Virus record (IMG/VR): IMGVR_UViG_2531839527_000008
From: a virus
Lineage: Duplodnaviria > Heunggongvirae > Uroviricota > Caudoviricetes
DNA length: 27,163 bases
Direction: 5' to 3' (one strand)
How positions within the stretch are numbered: the first letter of the stretch is position 1; each line of letters opens with the position of its first letter. The translations under genes and the position numbers were made by a program. This document shows, piece after piece, positions 15,967 through 24,782 of the stretch. The notes beneath the pieces are model-generated. The model had not been told where the DNA came from. It saw only the letters and a program-made list of their open reading frames with translations, and searched no databases.

Positions 15967-16821
15967 ATGGCAAAAAAAGTCTCAAAATTCTTTCGCATCG
16001 GCGTCGAGGGTGACACCTGCGACGGCCGCATTATCAGCGGCAACGATATTCAGGAAATGGCCGAATCGTTTGACCCTCGCGTCTACGGTTGCCGCATTAA
16101 CCTTGAGCATATTCGCGGTCTCTTTCCTGATGGCGACTTCAAACGCTTAGGCGATGTGGTTGAACTGAAAGCTGAAATAATTGACGACGATTCTGCGCTT
16201 AACGGCAAATGGGCGTTGTTCGCCAGAATCACCCCAACCGACGACCTGATTGCGATGAATAAAAAATTGCAGAAGGTCTACACCTCAATGGAAATTCAGC
16301 CGAATTTTGCCAATACCGGCAAATGCTACCTCGTCGGCCTTGCTGTCACCGATGACCCGGCGAGCCTCGGCACTGAATACCTCGAATTCTGCCGCAACGC
16401 GAAGCACAACCCGCTGCAGCGCTTTAAGACCAACCCTGAAAACGTCTTTTCCGCTGCCACTCTGGCCGAGCTGGAGTTTGAAGACGTTCCCGACACGGTG
16501 CTCAACAGCCTGGCCGATAAGGTGAAAGCCATTTTCAGCCGTAAGCAGGTCAGCGACGATGCGCGCCTGAATGATGTGCATGAAGCGGTGACCACCGTCA
16601 GCGAACATGTGCAAACCAACCTGACAAAACAGGACGAGCGCCTTTCCGCTATGGAAACCGCGTTTGCCACTTTCAAACAGGAACTGACCGGCAAGGTTGA
16701 AGAAACCAGCCAGGCATTTTCCGACCTGAAAACCACCCTCGATAAAACCGAAAGTTTCAGCCAGCCGCGACGCACGAAAGCCAGCGGCGGTGGTGGCGAT
16801 GAGCTGCTGACCGACTGCTGA
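15967..16821 (+). CDS. O: capsid scaffolding protein (P2 gpO family)
   Basis: 284 aa; MAKKVSKFFRIGVEGDTCDGR start typical of gpO. Confidence 0.9.
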   Translation: MAKKVSKFFRIGVEGDTCDGRIISGNDIQEMAESFDPRVYGCRINLEHIRGLFPDGDFKRLGDVVELKAEIIDDDSALNGKWALFARITPTDDLIAMNKKLQKVYTSMEIQPNFANTGKCYLVGLAVTDDPASLGTEYLEFCRNAKHNPLQRFKTNPENVFSAATLAELEFEDVPDTVLNSLADKVKAIFSRKQVSDDARLNDVHEAVTTVSEHVQTNLTKQDERLSAMETAFATFKQELTGKVEETSQAFSDLKTTLDKTESFSQPRRTKASGGGGDELLTDC

Positions 16822-16897
16822 TAAACCGCAGACCAGAAACCGGGCGGCATCCCCGCCCGATGCAGTGACTAACCGATAAATTCAAACAGGAAATACT

Positions 16898-17965
16898 ATG
16901 CGCCCGGATACCCGTTTTAAGTTCAATGCCTATCTGACCCGCGTCGCTGAGCTAAACGGCATCAGCACTGATGACGTCAGTAAAAAATTCACCGTCGAGC
17001 CGTCCGTCACGCAAACACTGATGAACAAAGTGCAGGAGTCATCCGCGTTTCTGCAGACGATTAATATTCTGCCGGTCGCAGAAATGAAGGGGGAGAAAAT
17101 CGGCGTCGGTGTGACCGGTACTATCGCCAGCACGACCGACACCTCGGGCGATGATGAGCGTAAGACCGCCGACTTCACCGCGCTTGAGTCCAACAAGTAC
17201 GAGTGCGACCAAATTAATTTTGACTTCCATCTGAAATATAAAACCCTCGACCTGTGGGCGCGTTTTCAGGACTTCCAGCGCCGCATCCGCGACGCCATTG
17301 TCAAACGTCAGGCACTGGATTTCATCATGGCCGGTTTTAACGGTACCACCCGCGCCGCCACCTCTGACCGCACCAAAAATCCGATGCTGCAGGATGTGGC
17401 CGTCGGCTGGCTGCAGAAATACCGCAATGAAGCCCCGACGCGCGTGATGAGCAACATCACCGACGCTGACGGTAAGGTCGTTTCAGCAGTGATTCGTGTA
17501 GGTCGAAACGGCGACTATGAGAACCTCGACGCGCTGGTGATGGACGCCACCAACAACCTGATTGACGAGGTTTATCAGGATGACCCGAAACTCGTTGCCA
17601 TCGTTGGCCGTAAGCTGCTGGCCGACAAATATTTCCCGCTGGTGAACAAGCCGCAGGAAAACAGCGAGGCGCTTGCGGCAGATATCATCATCAGCCAGAA
17701 GCGAATCGGCAACCTGCCTGCTGTGCGTGTGCCGTACTTCCCGGCGAATGCCGTGTTAGTGACCACGCTGGAAAACCTATCTATCTATTTCATGGATGAG
17801 AGTCACCGCCGCAGCATTGATGAAAACCCGAAAAAAGACCGCGTTGAAAACTACGAGTCGATGAATATCGACTATGTGGTCGAGGCGTATGCCGCCGGGT
17901 GCCTGCTGGAAAACATCACCCTGGGCGATTTCACCGCACCTGCAGCACCGGAAAGCGGAGCCTAA
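16898..17965 (+). CDS. N: major capsid protein (P2 gpN family)
   Basis: 355 aa; strong resemblance to remembered P2 N (FKFNAYL..., YECDQINFDF...). Confidence 0.92.
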   Translation: MRPDTRFKFNAYLTRVAELNGISTDDVSKKFTVEPSVTQTLMNKVQESSAFLQTINILPVAEMKGEKIGVGVTGTIASTTDTSGDDERKTADFTALESNKYECDQINFDFHLKYKTLDLWARFQDFQRRIRDAIVKRQALDFIMAGFNGTTRAATSDRTKNPMLQDVAVGWLQKYRNEAPTRVMSNITDADGKVVSAVIRVGRNGDYENLDALVMDATNNLIDEVYQDDPKLVAIVGRKLLADKYFPLVNKPQENSEALAADIIISQKRIGNLPAVRVPYFPANAVLVTTLENLSIYFMDESHRRSIDENPKKDRVENYESMNIDYVVEAYAAGCLLENITLGDFTAPAAPESGA

Positions 17966-17968
17966 ACC

Positions 17969-18718
17969 ATGACGAGCCCCGCACAGCGTCACATGATGCG
18001 GGTCTCGGCCTCTCAAGCCGCGCAGCGGGAGCAAGCCCCGCTGCGCCATGCAACCGCCTATGAGCAGATGCTGGTTAAGCTGGCCGATGACCGCCGCACG
18101 TTAAAAAACATCCGTTCAAACGAACGTAAAGCCGAGAAAAAGCGCGAGCTGCTGCCGTTCTATGCGCCGTGGGTCGCCGGTGTGCTGGCTGATGGCCGTG
18201 GTGCGCAGGATGACATTGTCATGACCGTCATGCTGTGGCGTCTCGATGCCGGTGATATCGCTGGCGCGCTGGAAATTGCCCCGTACGCGCTGAAATACGG
18301 CCTCACCTCTGACCACCGCCGCACAACACCTTACATGCTGGTTGAGGAAGTGGCGCTTGCTGCGCAGCGCCTGCGCGATGCCGGTGAGTCTGTCGACCTT
18401 TCCTGGCTGCAGACCACTATCGACCTGACCGACGGCGCTGACGTTCCCGATATGGTGCGCGCCCGTCTGCATAAGGTGACAGGCCTGACCCTGCGTGATG
18501 CCGGTATGAATGCAGAGGCGCTGGCGCAGTTTCAGCGCGCGATGCAGCTCGACCGCAATGCCGGTGTGCGCAAGGAGATTGAGCGACTGGAACGGGCATT
18601 GAAGCCAAAGCCAGAGGCCGCGCCCCGTAAAACGACTAAACCGCGCACGCGCAAACCTGCCAACAAACCGGCGGCAAAGCGCGGGCGTCCACCAAAGGCG
18701 GTAAAAACCGCCGGTTAA
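17969..18718 (+). CDS. M: terminase small (endonuclease) subunit (P2 gpM family)
   Basis: 249 aa; basic C-terminal tail KPRTRKPANKPAAKRGRPPKAVKTAG. Confidence 0.85.
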   Translation: MTSPAQRHMMRVSASQAAQREQAPLRHATAYEQMLVKLADDRRTLKNIRSNERKAEKKRELLPFYAPWVAGVLADGRGAQDDIVMTVMLWRLDAGDIAGALEIAPYALKYGLTSDHRRTTPYMLVEEVALAAQRLRDAGESVDLSWLQTTIDLTDGADVPDMVRARLHKVTGLTLRDAGMNAEALAQFQRAMQLDRNAGVRKEIERLERALKPKPEAAPRKTTKPRTRKPANKPAAKRGRPPKAVKTAG

Positions 18719-18811
18719 CTGAACGCTCCCCGAGCCGGGCGGCACGCCGGTCAAAGCAGGTTTTAACCCTGACGGCGACCGGCGTCCACCGCCCAACCTA
18801 ATGAGGTTGTC

Positions 18812-19321
18812 ATGACGACAGTAATACTGAATCAGCCCGACGAACCGCAGGACGTACCGGGCGTGGTGATTCCCGCACCGGAGACGGGCGACGCAGTGAT
18901 TAAAAACACGTTCTTTTTCCCTGATGTGGATCCGAAGCGGGTGCGCGAACTGATGCGCCTTGAGCAGACGGTTTCCGATGCGCGCCTGCGCAACGCCATC
19001 AAGACCGGCATGGCGGAAACCAATGCGGAGCTTTACGACTACCGGCTGCGCCAGATTGCCGCAGGGTTTAAGACACTGGCCGACGTGCCTGACGCCGAGG
19101 AAATCGACGGCGAGAATGTGCGCGTTTTCCACTACCTCAGCGCCGTGACGGCGATGGCGACCGCCACCCTGTATGAGCGTTATCGCGGGGTTGAGGCCAC
19201 GGGCAAGGGTGACAAAAAAGCCGACAGCGTCGAAACCACCATTGATGACCTGTGGCGGGATATGCGCTGGTCGGTCTCGCGTCTGCAGGACAAGCCGCGC
19301 TGCATCGTGGGTCAGCTCTGA
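18812..19321 (+). CDS. L: head completion/stabilisation protein (P2 gpL family)
   Basis: 169 aa; VIKNTFFFPDVDPKRVRE segment as in gpL. Confidence 0.85.
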   Translation: MTTVILNQPDEPQDVPGVVIPAPETGDAVIKNTFFFPDVDPKRVRELMRLEQTVSDARLRNAIKTGMAETNAELYDYRLRQIAAGFKTLADVPDAEEIDGENVRVFHYLSAVTAMATATLYERYRGVEATGKGDKKADSVETTIDDLWRDMRWSVSRLQDKPRCIVGQL

Positions 19322-19524
19322 TGAAAGTCTACGCGATGCAGGGCGACACCCTCGACGCGCTTTGCGCCCGGTATTACGGGCGCACTGAGGGCGTGGTCGA
19401 GACGGTGCTGCAGGCTAATCCCGGTCTGTCTGAGCTGGGCGTCATTCTGCCGCATGGCACGGCGATTGACCTGCCCGACGTGGCATCGTCACCCGTAACA
19501 GAAACTATCAACCTTTGGGAGTAA
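19321..19524 (+). CDS. X: tail protein X (LysM-like; P2 gpX family)
   Basis: Internal start MKVYAMQGDTLDALCARYYGRTEGVVETVL..., close to remembered P2 X; ORF-track N-terminal extension rejected. Confidence 0.8.
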   Translation: MKVYAMQGDTLDALCARYYGRTEGVVETVLQANPGLSELGVILPHGTAIDLPDVASSPVTETINLWE

Positions 19525-19527
19525 ACC

Positions 19528-19824
19528 ATGACAGAAGGGGAAAAAGGCGTCCTGTCACTGTTTGTGATTGGCGTGATGATTGTTGTCGGAAAAGTGCTGG
19601 CGGGTGGTGAGCCCATTACCCCGCGCCTGTTTATCGGCCGCATGCTGCTCGGCGGTTTTGTTTCAATGGTCGCCGGTGTTGTTCTGGTGCAGTTTCCAGA
19701 TATGTCACTGCCTGCCGTTTGTGGGATTGGATCCATGCTCGGCATTGCAGGTTATCAGGTGGTGGAAATCGCCATTCAGCGCCGCTTTAAGTCACAACAG
19801 GGGGATAGCGATGCCGATCATTAA
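19528..19824 (+). CDS. Y: holin (P2 gpY family)
   Basis: 98 aa with hydrophobic TM segments and charged C-terminus, immediately upstream of the endolysin. Confidence 0.8.
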   Translation: MTEGEKGVLSLFVIGVMIVVGKVLAGGEPITPRLFIGRMLLGGFVSMVAGVVLVQFPDMSLPAVCGIGSMLGIAGYQVVEIAIQRRFKSQQGDSDADH

Positions 19825-20308
19825 TACTCACCAGAATATCGCCGCATTTCTGGACATGCTGGCCTATTCCGAAGGGACGGCGACGCATCCGCTGACGAAA
19901 AATCGTGGTTACGACGTCATTGTCACTGGCCTTGATGGCAAGCCGGAAATTTTCACCGACTACACCGACCACCCTTTCGCACATGGCAGACCAGCGAAAG
20001 TGTTTAATCGACGCGGCGAAAAATCCACGGCATCAGGGCGTTACCAGCAGCTTTATCTCTACTGGCCGCACTATCAGAAACAACTCGCATTGCCTGATTT
20101 CAGCCCGTTGTCGCAGGACAAACTTGCGATTCAGTTAATCCGCGAACGCGGTGCCATTGAGGATATTAAGGCGGGGCGTATTGAGCGGGCAATTTCACGG
20201 TGCCGCAATATCTGGGCGTCGTTACCGGGTGCCGGTTACGGCCAACGTGAGCACAGCCTCGACAAACTGGTCACCGTATGGCGCACCGCTGGCGGGGTAA
20301 TGGAATGA
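19811..20308 (+). CDS. K: endolysin / lysozyme (P2 gpK family)
   Basis: Internal start MPIINTHQNIAAFLDMLAYSEGTA..., near-identical in pattern to remembered P2 K; 165 aa. Confidence 0.88.
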   Translation: MPIINTHQNIAAFLDMLAYSEGTATHPLTKNRGYDVIVTGLDGKPEIFTDYTDHPFAHGRPAKVFNRRGEKSTASGRYQQLYLYWPHYQKQLALPDFSPLSQDKLAIQLIRERGAIEDIKAGRIERAISRCRNIWASLPGAGYGQREHSLDKLVTVWRTAGGVME

Positions 20309-20718
20309 AAATCCTGATTACACTTCTGGTGCTGACTGTGCTCGGGATGTTGTGGTTGCGCCATGAGAACGGCAATTTATCCCGCTCCTTTGAGACAGCA
20401 AACCGCGTCGCGAGCGAACAAAAGACGACGATTGGCATGCTGAAAAATCAGCTCAGTGTTGCCGGTCAGCTTGCCAGACGTAATGAATCTGCGCAGGTGG
20501 CACTGCGTGAACAGCTCGCAAAGGCCAGCGAGGAAGCCAGCCGCCGCGAGCAATCAATAACGAGGTTACTTAATGAAAATGAAGCCTTTCGCCGCTGGTA
20601 TAACGCTGCTTTACCTGATGTTGTGCGTCGGTTGCACACCCGACCCGCCTGCGCCAGCGCCGGTGATTGTGGTCAGCGGATGCCCGAGGGTGAGCCTTTG
20701 CCCGATGCCGGGCAGTGA
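20305..20718 (+). CDS. lysB: LysB (Rz-like inner-membrane spanin)
   Basis: N-terminal TM helix MKILITLLVLTVLGMLWL then coiled-coil-like region; start overlaps K stop. Confidence 0.7.
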   Translation: MKILITLLVLTVLGMLWLRHENGNLSRSFETANRVASEQKTTIGMLKNQLSVAGQLARRNESAQVALREQLAKASEEASRREQSITRLLNENEAFRRWYNAALPDVVRRLHTRPACASAGDCGQRMPEGEPLPDAGQ

Positions 20719-20863
20719 CCCGAAAACCAATGGTGACCTGAGCGCGGATATCCGCCGTCTTGAGGGCGCGCTGACTGCCTGCGCGCTGCAGGTCAAAACC
20801 GTCAAACACTGTCAGGATGAACTCGATGCAGAAGCACAAAAGCCTGCGCAAGGCGCTGATTAA
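20573..20863 (+). CDS. lysC: LysC (Rz1-like outer-membrane lipoprotein spanin), embedded out of frame in lysB
   Basis: Lipoprotein-type signal with LCVGC, proline-rich; alternate-frame overlap with the lysB 3' end. Confidence 0.6.
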   Translation: MKMKPFAAGITLLYLMLCVGCTPDPPAPAPVIVVSGCPRVSLCPMPGSDPKTNGDLSADIRRLEGALTACALQVKTVKHCQDELDAEAQKPAQGAD

Positions 20864-21293
20864 CGCTGTACCCCAGCTCAGAAACAACCCCGATATGCTG
20901 CGTCTTTTCGCCGACAACGGGCATATCGATTCCCGACTGGCGAGCTCGCTGTCGTTTGAAAAGGTGTACGTGCTTAACATGGTGGTGACCGACTTTACCG
21001 GCGACCTCGATTTGATATTCGTGCCAGTGCAGGCGTGGCTGCGTGAACATCAGCCGGACATTATGACCACCGACGACGGGCGGGAAAAAGGATTCACCTG
21101 GATTATTGATATCAATAACGACGATTCGCTCGATATCAGTATCAGCCTGAGGCTCACCGAGCGCACGCTCGTCAAAGAGGTCGACGGCGCGCTGCATGTC
21201 AGCTATGCCCCAGAGCCGCCGCTGCCTGAGCCGGTGACGCGCCCGGTCGAGCTGTACGTTAATGGCGAACTGGTGAGTAAGTGGGATGAGTGA
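20826..21293 (+). CDS. R: tail completion protein (P2 gpR family)
   Basis: LRLFADNGHIDS..., FEKVYVLNMVVTDFTGDLDLIFVPVQAWLREHQPDIMTTDD..., ELYVNGELVSKWDE, matching remembered gpR. Confidence 0.82.
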   Translation: MQKHKSLRKALINAVPQLRNNPDMLRLFADNGHIDSRLASSLSFEKVYVLNMVVTDFTGDLDLIFVPVQAWLREHQPDIMTTDDGREKGFTWIIDINNDDSLDISISLRLTERTLVKEVDGALHVSYAPEPPLPEPVTRPVELYVNGELVSKWDE

Positions 21294-21741
21294 GTTAACC
21301 GCGCTACAGGAACGTCTTGCCGGTCTGATTGCCAGCCTGTCACCGGCGGCGCGTCGGCAAATGGCGGCTGACATTGCAAAAAAACTGCGCGCCAGTCAGC
21401 AACAGCGCATTAAGCGCCAGCAGGCACCTGACGGCACCCCGTATGCCGCCAGAAAGCGCCAGCCGGTGCGGAGCAAGAGAGGCCGTATCAGGCGCGAAAT
21501 GTTCGCCAAACTGCGCAGCACTAACCGCTTTATGAAAGCCAAAGGCAGCGACAGTGCGGCAGTGGTGGAGTTTACCGACAAGGTACAGCGCATGGCGCGG
21601 GGGCATCAGTACGGCCTCAAAGACCGGCCAAACCGCAACAGCCGGGATGTGCAGTACGAGGCACGCCCGTTGTTCGGTTTCACCCGGGACGATGAACTGC
21701 TTGTTGAGAAGCTAATAATCGGAGCTATTAGAAATGGTTAA
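21286..21741 (+). CDS. S: tail completion protein (P2 gpS family)
   Basis: 151 aa; LSPAARRQMAADIAKKLRASQQQRIKRQQAPDGTPYA pattern as in gpS. Confidence 0.8.
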   Translation: MSELTALQERLAGLIASLSPAARRQMAADIAKKLRASQQQRIKRQQAPDGTPYAARKRQPVRSKRGRIRREMFAKLRSTNRFMKAKGSDSAAVVEFTDKVQRMARGHQYGLKDRPNRNSRDVQYEARPLFGFTRDDELLVEKLIIGAIRNG

Positions 21742-21792
21742 TTAACAAAAGCATGCTAACTCTTGACAATTTGACAACTAGAGTGCACCCTA

Positions 21793-21845
21793 ACGCCAGT
21801 CAATAGAGTGCGACTGGCGTCAAGGAAGATTTTAATCTTTCTTTA
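21793..21845. terminator. tandem hairpins between convergent S and cargo gene (putative bidirectional terminator)
   Basis: 9-bp stem ACGCCAGTC/GACTGGCGT (21793..21801, 21812..21820) and AAGATT/AATCTT palindrome followed by TCTTT. Confidence 0.35.
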
Positions 21846-21858
21846 GTGGTTCGATTCC

Positions 21859-22734
21859 CTAGCCTCGTAAATATCGTTTAGTAAATTTCGTGTTTGGTCT
21901 GGATGATAGGATTTGTCTTTCTATTTCACTATCACAGTCTATATAGTCTAGTGTATTAGCTTCTATAAGTTTGTTCACGTCAATATTTTTTGCATCGATT
22001 ATGTTGGCATTTCTAAGGTTTGCATTGGTGTATTCCACTTTATCCAAATCACACTCTCTGAGTACGCAACTTTTCATTTCCGCATTGGAAAAATCCCCAC
22101 CATATAAATAGCAGCCTTCAAAAATAACACCGTTTAACTTTGAATCCTGAGCTTTAATATTTTTTATTTTACACTTTATAAATTTTACGTTTTTCATTTT
22201 GCTCTTGCTAATATTTAATGCCTGGATTGTACATCCAGTGAAAGAACAGTCTCTTATGTTAGATTTTTCCATATTTAACCCAGATAGTTCTGAGGTTTTA
22301 AAGTGTAAGTATTTAATGGTAAAAAGGTCACCCAACTCCATTCTGGGTATGTCTATATTGAAGACACCTTTATTGTTGAGCTGTCTTATTATTTTTATTT
22401 TTTGTATTTTCAAATCAACATTAACGTGCTTAGCTAAGTTTCCCAAATCCTCAAGAAGTTCATTAATCGTTTCTTTGTTTTGTCTTCTGTATTCAAAGTA
22501 ATAAAGGATGACACCTAATACAAAAAAATCCAAAATGGATGAATTTGCATTTATTAGGAACCCAGACAGGAATGAATCATTGTAATTACCATAGTGTATA
22601 GAGGCAAGTGTTACGCCAAATGCATATAAAATAAAAATAATAAACACGTGCTTCATTTTGCATAAGGATTGTATTATTGGTTTTATGGCATCAATTTTGT
22701 TCATTGCTGCAGCAGCGAAAGATTTAAAAGTCAT
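21859..22734 (-). CDS. AT-rich cargo membrane protein with C-terminal pentapeptide-repeat domain
   Basis: 291 aa; two hydrophobic helices near N-terminus (HVFIIFILYAFGVTLASI, FLSGFLINANSSILDFFVLGVILYYF); tandem A(N/D)LxN-like pentapeptides (…TNANLRNANIIDAKNIDVNKL…); occupies the S-V junction on the opposite strand. Confidence 0.6.
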   Translation of the reverse strand: MTFKSFAAAAMNKIDAIKPIIQSLCKMKHVFIIFILYAFGVTLASIHYGNYNDSFLSGFLINANSSILDFFVLGVILYYFEYRRQNKETINELLEDLGNLAKHVNVDLKIQKIKIIRQLNNKGVFNIDIPRMELGDLFTIKYLHFKTSELSGLNMEKSNIRDCSFTGCTIQALNISKSKMKNVKFIKCKIKNIKAQDSKLNGVIFEGCYLYGGDFSNAEMKSCVLRECDLDKVEYTNANLRNANIIDAKNIDVNKLIEANTLDYIDCDSEIERQILSSRPNTKFTKRYLRG

Positions 22735-22887
22735 TCTATTTTTAATGCATTCAGATTAAATGGGATTGATGATTTTTACGTGCCCAATGATGCGTGTCAA
22801 TCAGATCTTTGAAAGTGTCTTGCTGTGTGAGCCCCTTTCCAATCCCGAAGTTTTGTCTGCAATGAAAAGAAGCGGCATGCTTACATA

Positions 22888-23523
22888 ATGAATACATCAA
22901 ATATCATTCAAGAGCTTGCCCGTGCAATACGCAACCTCATTCGCACAGGGGTGGTGACTGAGGTCGATACCGTGCAGGGGCTGTGCCGTGTACAAAGCGG
23001 CGGGATCCAGACTACATGGCTGAACTGGCTGACCACCCGAGCCGGTCGTTCGCGGACGTGGTGGGCTCCCTCGGTCGGTGAGCAGGTTCTGCTGCTGGCA
23101 ATCGGTGGCGAGCTTGATACCGCTTTCGTGCTGCCGGGTATTTTCTCCGACGATAACCCCGCCCCGTCTGCCTCGGCGGATGCGTGGCATGTGGCTTTCC
23201 CTGATGGTGCGGTCATTGAGTACGAGCCCGAGGCCGGCGCGCTGACGGCCAGCGGTATCAAAACTGCCGACGTGACGGCATCGGAGTCCATCACTGCAAC
23301 CGTACCGCTGGTACTGGTGAAAGCCTCGACCAGTATCACCCTCGACACCCCGGAGGTGATTTGCACCAATAAGCTGACGACAGCGACGCTTGAGGTACAA
23401 AAAGGCGGCAAGATGAGCGGCAATATCGAACATACCGGCGGGTCACTGTCGTCTAATGGCAAGGTACTCCACACCCATAAACACCCAGGCGACAGCGGCG
23501 GGCAAACGGGGGCACCGTTATGA
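22888..23523 (+). CDS. V: baseplate spike / assembly protein V (P2 gpV family)
   Basis: 211 aa; position and composition as in gpV. Confidence 0.85.
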   Translation: MNTSNIIQELARAIRNLIRTGVVTEVDTVQGLCRVQSGGIQTTWLNWLTTRAGRSRTWWAPSVGEQVLLLAIGGELDTAFVLPGIFSDDNPAPSASADAWHVAFPDGAVIEYEPEAGALTASGIKTADVTASESITATVPLVLVKASTSITLDTPEVICTNKLTTATLEVQKGGKMSGNIEHTGGSLSSNGKVLHTHKHPGDSGGQTGAPL

Positions 23524-23867
23524 CGGCGCGCTATCAGGGTATGAACCGAAATACCGGCCTCGGCATCAGCGACACTGAGCACATCAGCCAGAGCATGCGC
23601 GACATACTGCTGACGCCGGTCGGCTCGCGGGTGATGCGCCGTGAATATGGCTCGCTTCTGTCGGCGCTGATTGATATGCCGCAAAACCCGGCGCTCAGGC
23701 TGCAAATTATGGTGGCGTGCTATTCGGCTATCCAGAAGTGGGAGCCGCGCATCAGGCTTACCTCCATCAACTTTGAGACCGGCGACGCTGGCGAAATGTA
23801 TGTCGATATTACCGGGATGCGTACCGATACCGGTGCGTCAGTTTCAACCACTGTTTCACTGAGTTAA
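23520..23867 (+). CDS. W: baseplate protein W (gp25-like; P2 gpW family)
   Basis: 115 aa; start overlaps V stop. Confidence 0.85.
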   Translation: MTARYQGMNRNTGLGISDTEHISQSMRDILLTPVGSRVMRREYGSLLSALIDMPQNPALRLQIMVACYSAIQKWEPRIRLTSINFETGDAGEMYVDITGMRTDTGASVSTTVSLS

Positions 23868-23873
23868 ATCACT

Positions 23874-24782
23874 ATGGCAACCGTTGACCTGAGTCAGTTA
23901 CCCGTTCCCGATGTGGTTGAGGAACTGGACTATGAAACTATCCTTGCGGAACGCATTGCGACGCTGATTTCGCTCTATCCCGAAGACCAGCAGGAGGCCA
24001 TTGCCCGGACGCTCACACTTGAGTCAGAGCCGATTGTTAAGCTGCTGCAGGAAAACGCCTACCGTGAAGTTATCTGGCGTCAGCGGGTGAACGAAGCCGC
24101 GCAGGCGGTGACGCTGGCCTACTCCGCCGGTAACGACCTCGACGTCGTAGCCGGGAACAATAATACCGAACGCCTGACCATCACCCCGGCGGATGATACC
24201 ACCATCCCGCCGACACCTGCCGTTATGGAATCTGATACCGACCTGCGACTGCGCACGCAACAGGCGTTTGAGGGATTGAGCGTGGCGGGTCCGGTCGGTG
24301 CATATGAGTATCACGGCCGCAGCGCCGACGGGCGGGTCGCTGACGTTTCGGTCGCCAGCCCGTCGCCAGCCTGCGTGACGATTACCGTGCTATCGCGTGA
24401 GGGGGACGGCACTGCCAGCCCTGAGCTACTGGCGATTGTTGATAAAGCGCTGAACGCCGAAGATGTGCGCCCGGTAGCTGACCGGGTGACCGTCCAGTCA
24501 GCCGAGATTGTGCCGTACCAGATTGACGCGACGATCTACGTTTACCCCGGCCCCGAATCTGAACCCATCAGGCAGGCGTCAGAGCAGAAGTTGCAGAGCT
24601 ACATCAGCGCGCAGCACCGCCTCGGGCGTGATATCCGTCTGTCAGCCATTTATGCGGCGCTGCATGTTGAGGGGGTGCAGCGTGTCGAGCTGACATCACC
24701 GCAGGCCGACATAGTGCTGAGTAAGTCGCAGGCGTCGAACTGTACCGAGTACCAGATAACTATCGGGGGCTCGGATGAATGA
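23874..24782 (+). CDS. J: baseplate assembly protein J (P2 gpJ family)
   Basis: 302 aa. Confidence 0.88.
   Translation: MATVDLSQLPVPDVVEELDYETILAERIATLISLYPEDQQEAIARTLTLESEPIVKLLQENAYREVIWRQRVNEAAQAVTLAYSAGNDLDVVAGNNNTERLTITPADDTTIPPTPAVMESDTDLRLRTQQAFEGLSVAGPVGAYEYHGRSADGRVADVSVASPSPACVTITVLSREGDGTASPELLAIVDKALNAEDVRPVADRVTVQSAEIVPYQIDATIYVYPGPESEPIRQASEQKLQSYISAQHRLGRDIRLSAIYAALHVEGVQRVELTSPQADIVLSKSQASNCTEYQITIGGSDE

Noticed and set aside
16326-16850. 174-aa minus-strand ORF inside scaffold gene O
   Set aside because: Antisense to a conserved structural gene; serine/arginine-rich composition typical of spurious GC-rich frames.
18116-19132. 338-aa minus-strand ORF spanning M and L
   Set aside because: Antisense to two conserved head genes and crosses their intergenic region; no homology signal.
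19580-20308. ORF-track 242-aa form of the endolysin
   Set aside because: The first 77 residues are an alternate-frame read across the holin gene; the endolysin starts at ATG 19811 (MPIINTHQ).
21763-21777. Tandem TTGACAA repeats as a -35 promoter element
   Set aside because: No acceptable -10 hexamer 16-19 bp downstream on either strand; kept only as a possible binding motif.
22897-23705. Minus-strand ORFs of 178 and 265 aa
   Set aside because: Antisense to baseplate genes V and W.
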